Of a DNA stretch of 64,000 nucleotides, positions 59,871 through 64,000 are shown one piece after another (positions within the stretch are counted from its first letter, which is position 1; each line of letters starts with the position of its first letter). The stretch covers positions 1,216,001 to 1,280,000 of the forward strand of contig OZ250169.1 in NCBI GenBank assembly GCA_965237955.1, in the 5' to 3' direction. The position numbers and the translations under genes were made by a program. Under the pieces are notes generated by a model, which had not been told where the DNA came from, ran no database searches, and saw only the letters and a program-made list of their open reading frames with translations. Origin of the DNA: Candidatus Marinacidobacterales bacterium (lineage in GTDB: Bacteria > Acidobacteriota > Vicinamibacteria > Marinacidobacterales > SMYC01).

Positions 59871-61982
59871 TTGGTTCTGTTTCGTCTCGTCGTTTTGGTA
59901 GTGGGTCTGGTGCTCCTCGTGGCCCCACAACCGGCCGAAGCCTACATCGGCCCCGGCGCCGGCTTCGCGCTACTGTCGTCGTTTCTGATCGTATTCACCA
60001 CGATCCTGATCGCGATGGCGTCGCTCCTCATCTGGCCCTTGCGGATGGCGTGGCGCTTTTTCGGGAGGAAGACGCAAGCGAAGCCCCTGGTCAAGAGGCT
60101 CATCATCGTCGGCTTCGACGGCCAGGACCCGAAGCTGACCGAGAAGTTCATGAAGCAAGGGATTCTGCCCAATATGGAGAAGCTCGCTAAAGCGGGCTGC
60201 TACACGAAGCTGGGGACGACTTACCCGGCCATCTCTCCGGTCGCGTGGTCGTCGTTCGCAACCGGCACGAACCCCGCACGGCACAACATCTTCGACTTCC
60301 TCGATCGGGATCGCCGAACCTATCTTCCGCTTCTATCGTCGACGCACATCGGTAGCGTCGAACGCTTTCTCAAGATCGGCCCCTACCGGATTCCTTTGAA
60401 CAAGCCGGAGGTGAGGCTCCTTCGGAAATCGACACCGTTCTGGTCGATCCTCGGCGAGCACAACATCTGGAGCACGGTGCTTCGCGTGCCCATAACCTTC
60501 CCACCGGACAAGTTCTATGGCGCTCAGCTCTCCGCGATGTGCGTCCCCGATCTCCTTGGCACGCAGGGCACGTTCCTTCTGTACACGACGCGACCCGCGG
60601 AGCAGAAGTTCAAAGAAGGCGGCCTCAGGTTCCAGCTCGAGAAAAACGGCGACCGGATGGAGACCACTCTCCAGGGTCCCGAGAATATGTTTCGTGACGG
60701 CAATCCTCCTCTCGAGGTCCCGGTTGTCATCGACGTGGACCGCTCGTCCGGAAAGACTCGCGTGAGCGTCGATGGCGAGACGATGGAGCTCGAACCGATG
60801 AAGCTATCGGATTGGATTCCGATATCGTTCAAGGCCGCGCCTACCATCAAAGTCTCCGGCATCTGCCGCATGATGGTGACGGAAATGGACGATCACTTCT
60901 CCCTGTATGTCACGCCGATCAACATCGATCCCGACAAGCCGGCGATGCCGATCTCGCATCCTTCTTATTACGCAACCTACCTGTCGAAGAAGGTAGGACA
61001 TTTTTGCACGCTCGGCTTGGCGGAAGACACGTGGGCGCTCAACGAAGGGGTCACCGACGACGGCACGTTCCTGCAGCAGACCTACGACATCGACCGCGAG
61101 CGCCAGGACATGTTCTTCACGTCACTCGATCATCTGCGACGAGGGTCTCTCGTCTGTGTCTTCGACGCCACCGATCGCATCCAGCACATGTTCTGGCATT
61201 ACCTCGAAAAGGATCATCCGGCCAATCACGGAAACGGAATCGAAGATGCCGAGCACAAAGACGCCATCGAAGCCATCTACAAACACAACGACGTCCTCGT
61301 CGGCAAAGTCATGGACAAACTGAGAGACGGCGACGTGCTCATGGTGCTCTCCGACCACGGGTTCAATTCCTTCCAGCGCGGCGTCAACTTGAACCGGTGG
61401 CTGCAACAAGAAGGCTTGCTCGTGTTGAAGGACGGGGCGAGCGGCGAAGAGGAATGGCTCCAGGGTGTGGACTGGTCAAAAACCAGAGCCTACTCGCTCG
61501 GACTGACCGGCATGTTCCTCAACATGAAGGGTCGCGAGGCCCAAGGCATCGTCGAGCCCGGCAAGGAAGAAAAAGACGTCAAGGAAGAGATCATCGCCAA
61601 GCTGAGTGGCCTGAAAGACGAAGAGCGCGGCGCCGTCGGCATCAAAGAGGTCTTCGACACCAAGAAGATCTACGACGGTCCCTATTCGGAGAACGCACCC
61701 GACCTCATTATTGGGTACGACAACGGCTATCGAATCTCGTGGGATTGCGCCACCGGCATGGTCGCAGGAGCGGTGTTCGAAGACAACGTCAAAGCGTGGA
61801 GCGGAGATCACTGTGTGGATCCCAGGCTCGTACCCGGTGTCTTGTTCTCGAACTACCCCGTCGATTCCGAAGACCCGACCCTGCTCGACGTCGCGCCGAG
61901 CGCGTTGAAAATGTTCGGGCTCACGCCACCCAAGTACATGGAAGGCTCGTCGCTCTTCACCGAGGCGACGTTTCTAAAATGA
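59871..61982 (+). CDS. AlkP-superfamily / type I phosphodiesterase (nucleotide pyrophosphatase-like), membrane anchored
   Basis: AYIGPGAG N-terminal hairpin; GFDG, PAISPVAWSSFATG, DRIQH, SDHGF, WSGDH. Confidence 0.88.
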   Translation: MVLFRLVVLVVGLVLLVAPQPAEAYIGPGAGFALLSSFLIVFTTILIAMASLLIWPLRMAWRFFGRKTQAKPLVKRLIIVGFDGQDPKLTEKFMKQGILPNMEKLAKAGCYTKLGTTYPAISPVAWSSFATGTNPARHNIFDFLDRDRRTYLPLLSSTHIGSVERFLKIGPYRIPLNKPEVRLLRKSTPFWSILGEHNIWSTVLRVPITFPPDKFYGAQLSAMCVPDLLGTQGTFLLYTTRPAEQKFKEGGLRFQLEKNGDRMETTLQGPENMFRDGNPPLEVPVVIDVDRSSGKTRVSVDGETMELEPMKLSDWIPISFKAAPTIKVSGICRMMVTEMDDHFSLYVTPINIDPDKPAMPISHPSYYATYLSKKVGHFCTLGLAEDTWALNEGVTDDGTFLQQTYDIDRERQDMFFTSLDHLRRGSLVCVFDATDRIQHMFWHYLEKDHPANHGNGIEDAEHKDAIEAIYKHNDVLVGKVMDKLRDGDVLMVLSDHGFNSFQRGVNLNRWLQQEGLLVLKDGASGEEEWLQGVDWSKTRAYSLGLTGMFLNMKGREAQGIVEPGKEEKDVKEEIIAKLSGLKDEERGAVGIKEVFDTKKIYDGPYSENAPDLIIGYDNGYRISWDCATGMVAGAVFEDNVKAWSGDHCVDPRLVPGVLFSNYPVDSEDPTLLDVAPSALKMFGLTPPKYMEGSSLFTEATFLK

Positions 61983-63952
61983 TGCGAGCTCTCGGTCTTG
62001 TCACGATCGCACTGATGGCGTCGACGTCGAGTGTCGGCTGTGGCACCGGCGACGACGCCAAGGCCTCCGGACCGCGCGTCATCGTCCTCGGGCTCGATGG
62101 CATGGACTACGCTCTCACCAAGAAGCTCATGGACGAAGGGCGCATGCCCAACTTCTCGAAAGTCGCGCAACAGGGCAGCTTCGCCCCTCTCGAGACCTCG
62201 GTGCCCCCTCAAAGCCCGGTAGCATGGTCGAACTTTATTACTGGCCTGGATTCCGGCGGCCACGGTATCTACGACTTCGTTCACCGCGATCCCGATACGA
62301 TGATCCCGTACCTCTCGACGAGCCGCACGAGCGGAGGCGGCAGGACGCTCGAGATCGGCAAGTATCAGTTCCCTCTCTCCGGAGGCTCGATCGAGCTTCT
62401 ACGAAAGGGCCGTGCCTTTTGGGAGGTCCTCGAGGCCCAGGGCATCCAGACCACGATCCTGCGCATGCCCGCGAACTTTCCGCCGTCCGGAACGGCCACC
62501 TACGAGCTCTCCGGTATGGGAACCCCTGACATCACCGGGACCTACGGCGAGTTCTCTTTCTACACGTCGAAGCTCTTCGCGTTCGTGGGACAAGACATCG
62601 CGAGCGGCGAGGTTTACGAAGTGGACATCTTCGACGGTGTCGTCGACGCCAGATTGTACGGCCCGGACAACCCGTTCCTGAAGGAGGCGGAGAAGCTCAC
62701 GTCGGAGTTCACCGTGTACCTCGATCCGGTGGACCCCATCGTCAAGCTGGTGGCAGGGACCGAGGAAGTAATCCTCAAAGAAGGCGAGTTCAGCGACTGG
62801 GTGCCGGTCGAGTTCCCGATGATCCCAACCCAGGCGCTCGCCGGCGTGGTTCGCTTTTATCTGCGCTCGGTACGCCCCGACTTCGAGCTCTATGCATCAC
62901 CGGTGAACTACGACCCACTCGACCCAGCACTTCCGATCTCGACCCCAGACGACTACGCTCGCGAGCTCGCTCGAGCGACCGGACGCTTCTACACGCAAGG
63001 CATGCCCGAGGACACCAAAGCCTTGGAGGGAGGTGTTCTCCATCCAGACGAGTTCCTGGCGCAGGCCGAGATCGCGGGCCAAGAGATCCTCGACCAATAC
63101 GAGTACGTGCTCGATCAGTTCAAAGGCGGCTTCCTCTTCTACTACACGGGGAACATCGATCAAATCAGCCACATGATGTGGAGGACGCTCGACCCCGAGC
63201 ACCCAGGCTACGACCCCGACGTCGACCCTCAGTACGCCGGGCTCATCGAAAGCCTCTACGTCGGCCTAGACGATGTCGTCGGTTACACGCTCGAGCGCAT
63301 GGGCGACGACACGACGTTGATCATCATGTCGGACCACGGTTTCACCTCGTGGAAGCGATCGTTTCACTTGAACGCGTGGCTGAAAGAGCACGGCTACCTC
63401 ACCGTCAAGAATCCCGACATGAAAAACGATCCCGGCATGTTCGTAAACGTCGACTGGGCGCACACCCAAGCGTACGCACTCGGAATGAACGGACTCTACT
63501 TGAACATGCGGGGGCGCGAGAAGAACGGGATCGTCACCGAGGGCCAGCGGGACGATCTCATGGAAAAGATCGCGCAGGACCTGCTCGCCGAGATCGATCT
63601 GGTCACCGAAATGCCCGCGGTGACGAAAGTCTACAAGCGCGAAGAGATTTTCAAAGACCGAGGCCACCTCGATATCGGCCCCGACATTATCGTCGGCTAC
63701 GCGAAAGGAACCCGGGGCTCGGGTCAATCGGCACTGGGTGCAGTAGGAAGCGAGCTCATCACCGATAACACCGGCGCCTGGAGCGGCGATCACACCATGG
63801 ACCACGAGGCCGTTCCTGGAATCCTGCTGACGAGCCGCGCTCTCAAAAAGCCGGCACCGAGGCTGCTGGATTTGGCGGCGGCCATTCTCGCCGAGTTCGG
63901 CATCGACACACCGATCAACCCAAGCGTCGACTTGGGACCTACGGACGACTGA
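61979..63952 (+). CDS. Second AlkP-superfamily phosphodiesterase-like protein (probable lipoprotein)
   Basis: ATGA overlap; SVGC lipobox; GLDG, PPQSPVAWSNFITG, DQISH, SDHGF, WSGDH. Confidence 0.88.
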   Translation: MMRALGLVTIALMASTSSVGCGTGDDAKASGPRVIVLGLDGMDYALTKKLMDEGRMPNFSKVAQQGSFAPLETSVPPQSPVAWSNFITGLDSGGHGIYDFVHRDPDTMIPYLSTSRTSGGGRTLEIGKYQFPLSGGSIELLRKGRAFWEVLEAQGIQTTILRMPANFPPSGTATYELSGMGTPDITGTYGEFSFYTSKLFAFVGQDIASGEVYEVDIFDGVVDARLYGPDNPFLKEAEKLTSEFTVYLDPVDPIVKLVAGTEEVILKEGEFSDWVPVEFPMIPTQALAGVVRFYLRSVRPDFELYASPVNYDPLDPALPISTPDDYARELARATGRFYTQGMPEDTKALEGGVLHPDEFLAQAEIAGQEILDQYEYVLDQFKGGFLFYYTGNIDQISHMMWRTLDPEHPGYDPDVDPQYAGLIESLYVGLDDVVGYTLERMGDDTTLIIMSDHGFTSWKRSFHLNAWLKEHGYLTVKNPDMKNDPGMFVNVDWAHTQAYALGMNGLYLNMRGREKNGIVTEGQRDDLMEKIAQDLLAEIDLVTEMPAVTKVYKREEIFKDRGHLDIGPDIIVGYAKGTRGSGQSALGAVGSELITDNTGAWSGDHTMDHEAVPGILLTSRALKKPAPRLLDLAAAILAEFGIDTPINPSVDLGPTDD

Positions 63953-63961
63953 AGGGTCATT

Positions 63962-64000
63962 ATGTTTGGTTCGAAAATCAAGCTCGACAAAGAGCTCATC
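63962..64000 (+). CDS. Start of next gene, 3' partial (MFGSKIKLDKELI...)
   Basis: ATG 10 bp after the previous stop; open to the window edge. Confidence 0.4.
   Translation, partial: MFGSKIKLDKELI

Noticed and set aside
60812-61978. 5' half of the 1046-aa ORF 60812-63952
   Set aside because: Arg-rich off-frame overlap of the upstream AlkP gene; the real start is ATG 61979
1-64000. rRNA, tRNA, prophage or known anti-phage defence genes
   Set aside because: None recognised by eye; tRNAscan-SE, Infernal and DefenseFinder would be needed to exclude them formally

Overview
GC-rich bacterial DNA. The gene styles (VPS10/BNR-repeat hydrolases, an HYEILEPIGKGGMGEVY-type kinase, a bactofilin + methyltransferase-like pair) suggest Acidobacteriota, but this is an inference. 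The window is rich in IS elements (IS256, IS91-like, an internally deleted rve-integrase element hit by IS21, IS5/IS903 group, IS630 plus two copies of a 133-bp MITE sharing its ends, ISAzo13, two ISL3) and contains many pseudogenes, several with large internal deletions. The main finding is an intact, tightly coupled 9-gene operon (18097-29469). It encodes an acidic lipoprotein, a secreted glycine-zipper protein, a membrane Ser/Thr kinase with periplasmic TPR-like repeats, an FHA-like/PEGA/non-catalytic FGE-fold protein, a 62-aa secreted peptide, a MotA/TolQ/ExbB channel, a degenerate Hsp70/actin-fold + FHA protein, and two vWA proteins whose N-terminal TM helices carry an ExbD/TolR/MotB-like Asp. 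I infer an uncharacterised, phosphorylation-controlled, ion-motive-force-driven envelope machine. The right end holds a PAPS sulfation cluster (sat-cysC, cysQ, sulfotransferase, two AlkP-superfamily enzymes) interrupted by a higBA module that an ISL3 has split at the higA start codon. All calls come from motif recognition by eye; no database searches were run.
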